Source of the DNA: Candidatus Oleimmundimicrobium sp.
GTDB lineage: Bacteria; Actinomycetota; Aquicultoria; UBA3085; Oleimmundimicrobiaceae
Direction of reading: 5' to 3'
NCBI RefSeq assembly: GCF_030651595.1
Contig: NZ_JAUSCH010000084.1
Location: 1,338 to 65,337, forward strand
DNA length: 64,000 nt
Shown here one piece after another: positions 1 through 9,225 of the stretch. Position numbers and translations under genes: made by a program. The notes beneath the pieces are model-generated. The model had not been told where the DNA came from and searched no databases. It saw only the letters and a program-made list of their open reading frames with translations. The stretch's first letter is position 1, and every line of letters begins with the position of its first letter.

Positions 1-1
1 A

Positions 2-238
2 GAAGTACTTAAATCTTTTGAAAATATAATTCAAAAAGCAAATGTAAAATATATTTTTTTAAGCTATAACAATGAAGGTTTAATGACAGAAGAAGAAGTA
101 AAAACAATTATGTCTAAAAGAGGTAAATATGGGATATTCAAAAAGGAATATAGCAGGTTTAAGGCAGATAAAACAGAAAATAGAAACCATACAGCAAATT
201 CAGTAGTTGAGTATTTACATTATGTTGAATGCAAATAA
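2..238 (+). CDS. 3' end of a D12-class (Dam-like) N6-adenine DNA methyltransferase, truncated by the window edge
   Basis: Frame 2 reads EVLKSFENIIQKANVKYIFLSYNNEGLMTEEEVKTIMSKRGKYGIFKKEY...VEYLHYVECK*. The ...SYNNEG...S.RGK... pattern resembles the Dam C-terminus (VLISNHDT...RRSISSNGGTRK). TAA stop at 236-238. Confidence 0.55.
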   Translation, partial: EVLKSFENIIQKANVKYIFLSYNNEGLMTEEEVKTIMSKRGKYGIFKKEYSRFKADKTENRNHTANSVVEYLHYVECK

Positions 239-632
239 GGAGTTTTGAAAAATGGAATTCACCCCCAGCCCCTCTTCCATTTTTCAAAACAAAAAAATCA
301 AATACAATAATAAAAAGCCCACCAAAAACGGAATAATATGGATAAATTTTTCAAAAATACGCAAGGCACGTTGCACTCTCACTCCGCTATCGCTCCGTTC
401 GGCTCGCCTAACACAGTATATGCGGTTCCGCTACGCTTCACCCAAATTGCTCCGCAACTTAAGATATGCCGATACGTTATCTGAAATTGCGTTTTTTAAC
501 AGAAGGGCAAAAATACTTAAATTCAAGACAGTTTTCCTAAATAAAACAAAAGCATCAAGTTCTTAATCTCGATATTTCAAAAGAACGTCAAAAACAAGCC
601 CCGATCCTTTATTCTTTTTCGTATTTTAATAG

Positions 633-2612
633 CTATCGACCGATGTTCGTTTCTTTTTCTTTAACTAGACGGGAGAGTTCTTCGGCCTCGAGTTCTTCCA
701 GCTTTATGTATTCGCCACCACAGGCGTTCGCTAAATCTTTGGCAAGCCCGAGGTTTAGGAAATCGTTTTCAGTGTCGATAACCAAGCTTTTTATTTTTGC
801 TTCGGCGATCCTTTCCGCGATTTCCCTGGCTTCCTCAACGGCATTTTTTTCGTTTATGGAGACGTTTGCTTTCCCGTCGGTTATTAACACCATAAGAGGA
901 AGGGTTTTCTTGTTCTTGGCCAGTTCCTTCTCAAAGGTTTCAAGAGCCAGGGTCAATCCGTGGGCTAAAGGGGTCTTTCCTCCCGTGGGAAGCTTTTTGA
1001 GATAATTTTGAGCGTTCTCAACGTTATCCGTTAACGGAAGCAGAAGCTCCGCGCCCTTTCCCCTGAAAGTTATAAGTCCAACCTTATCTCGTCTTTGGTA
1101 GGCATCAACGAGGAGCGAAAGGACGGCTCCTTTCGCAGCCACCATTCTCTCTTTTGCGCCCATGGAGCCGCTGGCATCGGTCACAAAGAGCATGGCTGAA
1201 CCAACTTTCTTTTCCCGCACCTTCTGGCGCAAATCCGATTTCTCTATTTTTAAACCGGCTTCCCCGTTTTTCTTTCCACCATTTCTGATGGCGGCAGCTC
1301 GTATCGTTGCATCGAAGGCGATGTCGGTTGTTTTGTCTTTTGGGATGACGCTTCGAACATATCTCCCCGATTTTGACTCCGTGACGCTTTTTGCTCTTCT
1401 TCCTCCGGTTGCGCGGGGGATCTTATCTTTTGGAATTTTGATTTCCTTCGTTTTAAAAGGGGCGCCAACGTCAAAAGTTTTTGAAGATGAACCATCCGGA
1501 ACCCCCTCTTGCTTTTCTTGATTTTCCGACGGTTCTTGCGGTTTTTCTTGCTCTTGCTCGGGCTTGCTTTGGTTTTCCTTATGCTTTTCGATGGTTTGCT
1601 CCAGCTTTTCCTGGTCCAACTTCTGCTCCTCAAAAGGCTTTCTCTTCATCCTGTGAGGCAGGGCGAGCTCAGCGGCTTCTTTCACATCTTTCTCGGTTAC
1701 TTCCCTTCTTTGATGAAAGGCGGCGATAGTTTTAGCCGTCTTCATCATCACGATGTCGGCTCTGTGTCCGTGCACGCCCATCTCCACGCAGATTTCGGCT
1801 ATTAAGTGCAGCATATCGTCGGATATCTCTGTCTTAGGCAGGAGTGCTTCGGCGGCCAGGACTTGACGGCGCAAATTTTCTTGAGTGTCTTCCCAGCGAT
1901 GGCCGAAGGAATGGGGGTCGTTTTCATAGCTCATTCGCCTCTTAATTATCTCCACCCTTTCTTTTGTATCGTTTATGCCCTCGACTTCGACACAGAGGGC
2001 GAACCTGTCCAAAAGTTGTGGCCTTAAGTCTCCTTCTTCGGGGTTCATCGTTCCCACCAGTATAAAGTGGGCAGGGTGGGAGAATGAGACACTTTCCCTC
2101 TCGACGGTGTTGACTCCCATTGCGGCGGAGTCCAGCAGGATGTCAACTATGTGGTCATCGAGCAGGTTCACCTCGTCAACATAAAGGAAGCCGCGGTGGG
2201 AGTCCGCCAGAATCCCCGGCTCAAAACGTTTTTCGCCATGTTTTATCGCATGCTCTATATCAAGAGTTCCTACTACTCTATCCTCCGTGGCATTGATGGG
2301 GAGGGTAACCACCTTCATTTTCCGGTTGGAGAGGGGCAGTTTGTCTTCAATTAGCTTTTTTTCAAGACAGTGGGGGCACATTTCTGCTTCAGTGTGAGGG
2401 TTACAGCCAAAGGGGCAGCCCTCGACCACTTCTATTTCGGGCAAAAGGTCGGCAAGAGCGCGAACGGCGGTTGATTTGGCAGTTCCTTTTTGGCCCTTGA
2501 TGAGTACCCCGCCGAGCTTGGGGTTAATGACATTTAAAATCAGGGCCTTTTTCATCTTATCCTGTCCCACAATTGCGGTGAAGGAATATACTTTACCAGC
2601 TAAACAACTCAT
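633..2612 (-). CDS. Fused ChlI/ChlD-type chelatase subunit (AAA+ ATPase plus acidic/Pro-rich linker plus C-terminal VWA/MIDAS)
   Basis: Walker A GQKGTAKST and a Cys-rich insert CPFGCNPHTEAEMCPHC. Middle linker rich in KPQEPSENQEKQ. C-terminal VWA with DASGSM MIDAS. Adjacent to a CobN homolog. Confidence 0.85.
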   Translation of the reverse strand: MSCLAGKVYSFTAIVGQDKMKKALILNVINPKLGGVLIKGQKGTAKSTAVRALADLLPEIEVVEGCPFGCNPHTEAEMCPHCLEKKLIEDKLPLSNRKMKVVTLPINATEDRVVGTLDIEHAIKHGEKRFEPGILADSHRGFLYVDEVNLLDDHIVDILLDSAAMGVNTVERESVSFSHPAHFILVGTMNPEEGDLRPQLLDRFALCVEVEGINDTKERVEIIKRRMSYENDPHSFGHRWEDTQENLRRQVLAAEALLPKTEISDDMLHLIAEICVEMGVHGHRADIVMMKTAKTIAAFHQRREVTEKDVKEAAELALPHRMKRKPFEEQKLDQEKLEQTIEKHKENQSKPEQEQEKPQEPSENQEKQEGVPDGSSSKTFDVGAPFKTKEIKIPKDKIPRATGGRRAKSVTESKSGRYVRSVIPKDKTTDIAFDATIRAAAIRNGGKKNGEAGLKIEKSDLRQKVREKKVGSAMLFVTDASGSMGAKERMVAAKGAVLSLLVDAYQRRDKVGLITFRGKGAELLLPLTDNVENAQNYLKKLPTGGKTPLAHGLTLALETFEKELAKNKKTLPLMVLITDGKANVSINEKNAVEEAREIAERIAEAKIKSLVIDTENDFLNLGLAKDLANACGGEYIKLEELEAEELSRLVKEKETNIGR

Positions 2613-2632
2613 TTATTGTCCTCCTCGTTTAT

Positions 2633-3382
2633 TTACTCAAAACCTTTTTCAAAGGTGCGCATACATAAGATTATCATACTCAAGGCAAATGATATCAGAA
2701 TCAATAAGATCAAACCGCAGCCCGATATGTTCCCGGTGAGCATTATTTTTCTTGAGATGTCGATGATGTAAGTGACCGGATTTATTGATGCCACACATCG
2801 CAACCATGCCGGCATCTTGTCCAAAGGCATCAGGGCCGAACTGGCCAAGAAAAGCGGCAAGCTAACTAAGCTTATAATTGCACCGAAACCGTGCAAATCG
2901 GCCACCTTGAAGGCGATAAATATTGAAAGGGCCGAGAGGCCCATGGCAAAGAAGAGGGCGCATCCAAATACCAGTAGAAGACCGGCAAGACCACCTTCCA
3001 TTCTCGCGCCGAGAATCCACGCGGTGGCAAGGACGGCCGAGAGATGAATCATTCCCTTGCTCATGGCCGCCGTAATTTTGCCCATGGCTATCACCGGCCG
3101 CGGAGTGGGGGTTGCGAATATCTTCTTTAAGTAACCGTAGATTTTGTCGGCCGAGGTGAGCAAGCCGCTTTGAAGTGAGGGCATCATGACGGACATCACC
3201 ATTATGCCGGGAGTTACATAATCCAAATACCTTCCTGAATTTGTTGACATGGGCAAAGAGCCGAGCACCGCCAACCAGGCGACGGGGCCGACTATTGAGG
3301 CAATTAAGTTTATTTTGAGTCTAAATAATATCTTGATATCGCGTTTACAGATTTTTATGAAGGCATTAAACAACAACATCAC
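2633..3382 (-). CDS. ABC-2 type transporter permease
   Basis: 249 aa, about 6 predicted TM helices. Overlaps the upstream ABC ATPase stop by 4 nt. Confidence 0.7.
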   Translation of the reverse strand: MMLLFNAFIKICKRDIKILFRLKINLIASIVGPVAWLAVLGSLPMSTNSGRYLDYVTPGIMVMSVMMPSLQSGLLTSADKIYGYLKKIFATPTPRPVIAMGKITAAMSKGMIHLSAVLATAWILGARMEGGLAGLLLVFGCALFFAMGLSALSIFIAFKVADLHGFGAIISLVSLPLFLASSALMPLDKMPAWLRCVASINPVTYIIDISRKIMLTGNISGCGLILLILISFALSMIILCMRTFEKGFE

Positions 3383-4377
3383 CCTCTCATTAGCTTTCTT
3401 ATAATTTTTTTGTGTTTTCTGGCCTCTTTGGGGCTTGGGCTCTCTTCGGTATCACCCGTGTATTTGATGAACACCTCGTCCAAGCCGGCTTGCTTCATCA
3501 AAACCGAGTTGATGGTGATTTCCTTTGAAGTCAAAACTTGCATGACCTCAGGCAAGAACTTGTCGCCCTCTTCCACTATTAGCTCCATTTCCGTTTCAAC
3601 GCATTTTTTGCTTTTAATTTTTTCCATTCCTTCCAGCGCTTCAGAAGCTTTCTCCACGTCCTCTTTCTCTATACGTATTCTAATTACATCTCCTCCAATT
3701 TGATTGGACAACGTGCTTGGGGAGCCCGAGCAAACGATTTTTCCCTTGGTGATTATGGCTACCCTGTCGCAAAGCGCCGCTGCTTCGTCCATGTAATGGG
3801 TGGTGATAAAGAAGGTAACCTTTTTTTCTTCTTTCAACCTGAGGATGAATTCCCATATCTTATGGCGGGCGGTGACGTCCAGGCCGATGGTGGGCTCATC
3901 CAGGAAGACGACTTCCGGTTGATGGATGAGAGCTTGAGCTAACTCCAGCTTTCTCTTCATTCCGCCGGAGTAAGTGGCTGCGGGATTATCCGCGACCTTA
4001 GAAAGTTCGAAGAATTTGAGGAAGTAATCCATCCTCTGCTTTCGTTTGGCGGGAGGTATGCCGTAAAGGGAGCCGAAGAGATCCAAGCTTTCCCGCGCCG
4101 TGAGAGCATCATCCACAGCCAATCCTTGAGGCACGTAACTTATGTGTTTTCTTACCTTGCGAGCCTCTTTTGCTATATCGAATCCACAAACCGATGCCTT
4201 TCCCCCGCTTTGTTTGAGCAGGGTGGTGAGCATGAGCACCGTGGTGGTCTTTCCCGCGCCATTGGGTCCGAGCAAACCAAAAGCTTCACCTCTTGGGATT
4301 TCGAGGTCGACATCATCTACCGCCAGGTTGCCGTCATAGTATTTGGTTAGTTCCCTTGCTTCAATTATTTTATCCAA
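3379..4377 (-). CDS. ABC transporter ATP-binding protein (DrrA-like, with C-terminal extension)
   Basis: Walker A GPNGAGKTT, signature YSGGMKRKL, Walker B VVFLDEPT. Confidence 0.85.
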   Translation of the reverse strand: MDKIIEARELTKYYDGNLAVDDVDLEIPRGEAFGLLGPNGAGKTTTVLMLTTLLKQSGGKASVCGFDIAKEARKVRKHISYVPQGLAVDDALTARESLDLFGSLYGIPPAKRKQRMDYFLKFFELSKVADNPAATYSGGMKRKLELAQALIHQPEVVFLDEPTIGLDVTARHKIWEFILRLKEEKKVTFFITTHYMDEAAALCDRVAIITKGKIVCSGSPSTLSNQIGGDVIRIRIEKEDVEKASEALEGMEKIKSKKCVETEMELIVEEGDKFLPEVMQVLTSKEITINSVLMKQAGLDEVFIKYTGDTEESPSPKEARKHKKIIRKLMRG

Positions 4378-4383
4378 TTGAGC

Positions 4384-5943
4384 TTATCCTCCACCATGCA
4401 ATTTTTTCTTTAACCTCTTCATTTTTTCTCCCCAGTCTTCGACCTCATCCATCGTAATTACGTCCACCGCTCCTCCTTGAAATTCGCCCTGGACGTCGCC
4501 GATTTTATCCTCCATCCAGCCCTCAATTTCCAGGTAAGTCTGTTTAAGTTGTTGCAGGACTTCGGGGTCGGCTTCCCATAGGTCCCTTTGTTCGGCCTCC
4601 AGAAGTCTTCGACCCACCTCCTCCAGGGCCCAGGGATTGTTTTCTTCAAAAAATTTCCGGTTTTCTTCATTCAATACGAATGTCTTGGCGATGTCATCGA
4701 ATATCCAATCGTCGACCTGTTCGGTGGTCGCTTCCCATCCGTAGACCCTACCTATTCTTTTGGAGATATCACCGGCTCCTTTGTAGCCATGACGCTTCAT
4801 TCCCTCGATCCATTTTGGGTTGAGAAGCTTTGTCCGCACTACGCGCCTAATTTCATCGGCCAAATCCCTTACTTCGATCTTGGCAGGGTTTCTTGTGTCG
4901 CCATAGTAGGTTTTTACCTCTTTCCCCGAGGCATTTTTAGCCGCTGCCGTCAGTCCTCCTTGATAAGAGAAATAGCAACAGCAGCCAAACAAGTCATATT
5001 CGTCGGTGACCGTCTTATTATAGGTCAAATCAACCGACTTGAGCTGTTTGAAGAAGGTTTCATGGGATTCTTTTCCAAACATCTCCTTGCCGTAGGCGTA
5101 GCCGCTCCAATAGGTAAAGATATCTGCCAGGTCCTCTTCCTCTTTCCACGCGCTGGCGTAGACGGCAAGATTTACGCCGGAGCCGTAGGTTCCCGGTCGG
5201 CTGCCGAAGATGCGGGAGGTAGCCTCCCTCCATGCCTGGGGGTCGGAGGGAGGAGAGCCGTCGAGTTGCTCGAGGGCGTGTTTGCGGACGAAGTTGAGCT
5301 CCAATGGTTCATCCAGCGAGGCAACCGCCGTTATTGCCTCGTCCAGATACTCCATGATATTGGGAAAGCAATCCCGGGTTATGCCTCCGATGCGGATGGT
5401 CACGTCTATTCTGGGTCGGCCGAGCTCTTCCAAGGGAATTATCCGAAAACCCTTCACCCGGCCGTTGCTCAGCCACTTCGGCTCCACGCCCAAAAGATAG
5501 AGAATCTGTGATACTTCTTCGCCGTCTGACCACATAATGTCGGTGCAGAAGAGTATCATGCCGCAGTTTTCGGGCATATTCCCCGTGTCCGCCACGTATT
5601 TTTCGATTAAACTGTTTGCAAGGCTTCTGCCCACTTTCCAGGCGGCCTTGGTAGGTATCTTGTATGGGTCGAGGGAGTAAAAGTTTCTTCCGGTGGGAAG
5701 AATGTCTGCTCTCCCTCGGGTGATAAGTCCCGAGGGCCCGCTTTCAATGTAGCCGCCGGAAAATCCGTGAAGAAGACTTTCAATTTCTTTTGAGGCGTCT
5801 ATTCTGGCTGAGATGTCCAAAACTTTCGACTTTAGAACCGAGAGTTTTTCGAGTGCTTCGGGATTGACAAACCTGTCGCCCAGGATGCACCCGGCAAGGT
5901 TTTTTAATTCCCTTAACTCTTGCGGGCTTAATTTTGTTTCCAT
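4384..5943 (-). CDS. cobN: CobN/Mg-chelatase H family chelatase, C-terminal 519-aa segment, in frame with the upstream segment
   Basis: Same frame as 5944..8304. It is separated from that ORF only by TAA followed directly by ATG. Combined length of about 1305 aa matches CobN/ChlH. Confidence 0.7.
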   Translation of the reverse strand: METKLSPQELRELKNLAGCILGDRFVNPEALEKLSVLKSKVLDISARIDASKEIESLLHGFSGGYIESGPSGLITRGRADILPTGRNFYSLDPYKIPTKAAWKVGRSLANSLIEKYVADTGNMPENCGMILFCTDIMWSDGEEVSQILYLLGVEPKWLSNGRVKGFRIIPLEELGRPRIDVTIRIGGITRDCFPNIMEYLDEAITAVASLDEPLELNFVRKHALEQLDGSPPSDPQAWREATSRIFGSRPGTYGSGVNLAVYASAWKEEEDLADIFTYWSGYAYGKEMFGKESHETFFKQLKSVDLTYNKTVTDEYDLFGCCCYFSYQGGLTAAAKNASGKEVKTYYGDTRNPAKIEVRDLADEIRRVVRTKLLNPKWIEGMKRHGYKGAGDISKRIGRVYGWEATTEQVDDWIFDDIAKTFVLNEENRKFFEENNPWALEEVGRRLLEAEQRDLWEADPEVLQQLKQTYLEIEGWMEDKIGDVQGEFQGGAVDVITMDEVEDWGEKMKRLKKKLHGGG

Positions 5944-8304
5944 TTAGCTCACCTTTCCTTCGTGTGCAAGAAACTCCCCAATGAACTTCTTTGAGTGTCC
6001 CTGAGTCTCTTCGAGTATTTCACCATAAGTTTTGCCGAAACCTTCGTGGTATTCAGCCGGATTATTTATTGCAAAGCTATAGTCTAAACCCATGAGCTCG
6101 AAGATTGTCTTTCGCATGGAGAATTCCTCATCTGAGTCATAACGGAGGATGGAATTTATGAATTCCACTCGGGCGTTGCTTTGAGGGAATTCTCCGAAGA
6201 CGTGCATGCCGTCTTGAATTTGGGTCTCTCTTAAGCGAGTTAAAACTTCGTGAGCCTGTTTGACGATTTCATCGAAGGACCCTTCTCCATGAATACCTTT
6301 TTCCTCGATCCCTATCTCTTTCTCCAATTTGGACGCCTTTATTTTGTCCACGATGAGGTGCTCCAGGGCATGAGCGCGAGCCGGATCGGTGATTTTAGCC
6401 TGGTTGTATTCGGCCAAATATCCTTCCAACTCCTTTAAGCTTTCGTAGAGACCGCTTTCGGTCATCACCGTCTGCATGTGGTCGATCAGCGTGGCGTAAC
6501 TTCTTCGCTTGGCGATGGTCCCCTCCGGCGGATTGTCGGCATTGTATATGTAGAGATGGGGAAGAGTACCGATTCCTATATCGGGATAACAGGAATCGGA
6601 AAGCCCTACCGCCTTTCCGGGCAAAAACTCCAAATTACCGTGGGTTCCCACGTGCACCACCACATCCGCTTCCCAGATCTCTTCCAGGTATCTGTAGGTG
6701 GCCAGATATTGATGGGTGGGAGGGCATTCGGGGTCGTGAAGTATCTTGCAGACCTGTCCGTCGCAGCGCGCCCCATAACACCCTCGTTTGGGTTGGACAC
6801 AGACCATAACATTTCCGTATTCTACCCCCGTGAGCACGATTTTTCCTTCATAAACCATGCCTTCACCGGGCGGCTCTCCCCAGGTGGAGGTCATTTTCTC
6901 TCTCACTTCTTCCGGCAACTTGTTCCACCACACCAGATATTTATCCAAGGAGAGGAGGGTGTGCGCCCCGCCCTTTGCAACTATCTCCTCTATGGGAGTC
7001 CATCTGAATTCGGAGATGGCTTTTCTCTCCATGATGGTCTCGATTAACTCTTTCCCGTTAGGGGGGTTTTTTTCGACCTTGTATCCTTGCTCTTTCATCT
7101 TTTGCATGATTTTAGCCACGCTTTCCAGAGTGTCCAAGTGTGCCCCACTGCCCACTGTGGCCTCCACGCTGGCGCAAGGGTTATTGTGCAGAACGAAGAC
7201 CACCTTCCGTTCTTGAGGCGGTTTTCTTCGGAGGCGCATCCATTTCTTGGCCCGCTCGACAATGTGATTGACCCGCTCCGGGATGGGCATATATTGTTCG
7301 AGAGTAACCCCGGTTTCCTCGTCGCTTGCTCTTGTTTGAACCCCGATTACCAGCGGCTCAATTATTCCATCAAATTCGGGCATGGCCACCGACCAGACTA
7401 TGTTTTCGGCAAGACCTTGAGCATCGGCTCTCCACTCCTCTTCGGTTTTGCGGTAAGAAACCAGGGGGTCAATGACCGGGACATCCAGTTTTTTAAGCAG
7501 TTCTACGCCTGCCTCCGCGCGGCCGATATCGGAACCTTCCGGCAGGGTTACCAGAAAGAAAGATTGCAAGTTGAGCAAGATATCGACGACCGATTTATCA
7601 TCTTTTGTCAGAAAAGCGGGAATTACCACATCATTTCCTTTGGCTCCCAGCTCATTTTCCTTAAAACCGTGAGAAAAGACAGGTATGATGTTGACATTCC
7701 TGTTTTCAAATTCACGAATAAGGGCATTCTCCACTTCGAGGTTTCCGTTTATCCAGTAAGAGCGATAAAAGAGGATACCCGCGGTGGGGTAGGAGGGGTC
7801 GAATTTCTTGTACCACTTAAGATAACTCTCAAGGTTGTCAAAGTGCGATGAGGCGTCGGGATGATAAATTCCCTGCCATGGCGTTTCTTGGAGCGGCTTA
7901 ACCTCCACCTCGATATCGAGAACCTCGCGGGCGATATAGGATAACAGGCTTTTCATGTTTTCCAGACCGTCGGTTACCAGATATTTATAGGCCGTGGCCA
8001 CTATCTCGGTGTTCACGGTGGAAAGACCCCAAAGAGACGGGTCGTGACCGAAAGAGACGGTGGGGGCGACCTTTCTAATTTTTTCGATTTCGGGGAGCAT
8101 CTCGCTCCAGACTTCGTTTGTGGTTGGATAAAGGAGGAGAACATCCGCCTCTTGTCGCAAATACTCCAGAAACTCTTCTCTTACCGGTTCATCCTCCAAG
8201 TCGCGCATGGAGCGGAGCTCAAGCTGTACGAAATCGAGCTCCTTGCTTGCTTGAACGAGTGTGGAAACGTGGCTTCCCCACATGATGGAGCCCACTTTTA
8301 TCAT
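5944..8304 (-). CDS. cobN: CobN/Mg-chelatase H family chelatase, N-terminal 786-aa segment
   Basis: CobN-like N-terminal region (MIKVGSIMWGSHVSTLVQASKELDFVQLELRS...). Ends at an in-frame TAA at 5944-5946, immediately followed by the continuing ORF. Confidence 0.7.
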   Translation of the reverse strand: MIKVGSIMWGSHVSTLVQASKELDFVQLELRSMRDLEDEPVREEFLEYLRQEADVLLLYPTTNEVWSEMLPEIEKIRKVAPTVSFGHDPSLWGLSTVNTEIVATAYKYLVTDGLENMKSLLSYIAREVLDIEVEVKPLQETPWQGIYHPDASSHFDNLESYLKWYKKFDPSYPTAGILFYRSYWINGNLEVENALIREFENRNVNIIPVFSHGFKENELGAKGNDVVIPAFLTKDDKSVVDILLNLQSFFLVTLPEGSDIGRAEAGVELLKKLDVPVIDPLVSYRKTEEEWRADAQGLAENIVWSVAMPEFDGIIEPLVIGVQTRASDEETGVTLEQYMPIPERVNHIVERAKKWMRLRRKPPQERKVVFVLHNNPCASVEATVGSGAHLDTLESVAKIMQKMKEQGYKVEKNPPNGKELIETIMERKAISEFRWTPIEEIVAKGGAHTLLSLDKYLVWWNKLPEEVREKMTSTWGEPPGEGMVYEGKIVLTGVEYGNVMVCVQPKRGCYGARCDGQVCKILHDPECPPTHQYLATYRYLEEIWEADVVVHVGTHGNLEFLPGKAVGLSDSCYPDIGIGTLPHLYIYNADNPPEGTIAKRRSYATLIDHMQTVMTESGLYESLKELEGYLAEYNQAKITDPARAHALEHLIVDKIKASKLEKEIGIEEKGIHGEGSFDEIVKQAHEVLTRLRETQIQDGMHVFGEFPQSNARVEFINSILRYDSDEEFSMRKTIFELMGLDYSFAINNPAEYHEGFGKTYGEILEETQGHSKKFIGEFLAHEGKVS

Positions 8305-8331
8305 TTTCTCATTCTCCTTTCAAATTATTTT

Positions 8332-9225
8332 TTACAGGACCTTTCCTGCCAGCTGATATATCTGTCTTAAAGAAGACGAATAAAATATCTCGTTTATATA
8401 AAGCAAATACATTATTTTAACCGCGGCTACCGCCAAACTTCCCGAGATTGCTCCTCCCGTAATTAGAAAATCGCTGAATTTATATCGGAGGTCTCTTAAG
8501 TGGCTTCGGGGAGCCGTTGGGTTAAACGCTCTACTCTCTATGGATAGTGCCAGGGTGCTTGCCCGGCGGACGGAGTTTGCCAAGATGGGGCGCAAGGTGG
8601 AGATGGCCGTTTTAAGTGAAGAGAATATTCCCACCTTGGTGGGTTTAAAACCTTTCAGTCTTTCCACAGCAATCACCGTCTTGGTCTCGGTAAGCACCGT
8701 AGGTATGAACCTTAAAGCGGTTATCGTCATGAAAGCGAAATTGTAAGGGATTTTTAACTTCACCAACCCCGTGAGCAAATCACGGGGCTCGGTGGTCCAG
8801 CATGTGAGCAACCCCAGGCAAATCATCGAAGAGAAGCGCAGCGCTTGAACGGCGCCATGGATGAAACCCTCCCGGTAGATGTAAAGCCCATCGGTTATGG
8901 CTCCCAAAATGGGCGTCTTTGAGGAGATGAGGACGAAAATTATTGTTCTGGGATGCCCCGCGTAGAACAGGGCCTGGCTGAACATCGCTCCCCACATTCC
9001 CAAAATCACGAAGATGGCCAACAGCCTTACCTTGTCCCAGGGCAGTTTGGCGAATATGCAAGATGAAATGGCGACCACAAATAGGATAAAGAGCGATTTC
9101 GGTTTGTCGAGACTAACCGCAAGAATCGACGCGCAGAGCAAGAAAATTATCTTTGCCCGGGGGTCGATTCGATGGATGAACGTTTTTTTTATGGATGGTT
9201 GGATCAGTGAGGCGGTATTAAACAT
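8332..9225 (-). CDS. ECF transporter transmembrane (T) component, CbiQ/EcfT family
   Basis: 297 aa polytopic membrane protein with an EcfT-like profile. Overlaps the upstream EcfA gene. Confidence 0.7.
   Translation of the reverse strand: MFNTASLIQPSIKKTFIHRIDPRAKIIFLLCASILAVSLDKPKSLFILFVVAISSCIFAKLPWDKVRLLAIFVILGMWGAMFSQALFYAGHPRTIIFVLISSKTPILGAITDGLYIYREGFIHGAVQALRFSSMICLGLLTCWTTEPRDLLTGLVKLKIPYNFAFMTITALRFIPTVLTETKTVIAVERLKGFKPTKVGIFSSLKTAISTLRPILANSVRRASTLALSIESRAFNPTAPRSHLRDLRYKFSDFLITGGAISGSLAVAAVKIMYLLYINEIFYSSSLRQIYQLAGKVL

Noticed and set aside
252-566. 104-aa ORF on the plus strand
   Set aside because: Low-complexity, Arg/Lys-rich translation with no family resemblance. It lies in heptamer-repeat DNA and is most likely a spurious ORF.
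1250-1633. 127-aa Lys/Arg-rich minus-strand ORF
   Set aside because: It lies out of frame within the acidic/Pro-rich linker of the ChlI-ChlD gene and is a frame artefact of low-complexity coding sequence.
4588-5511. 307-aa plus-strand ORF inside cobN (also 6478-7047 and 7087-7851 plus-strand ORFs)
   Set aside because: These are antisense shadow ORFs within a well-supported CobN coding region. Their translations have no recognisable motifs.
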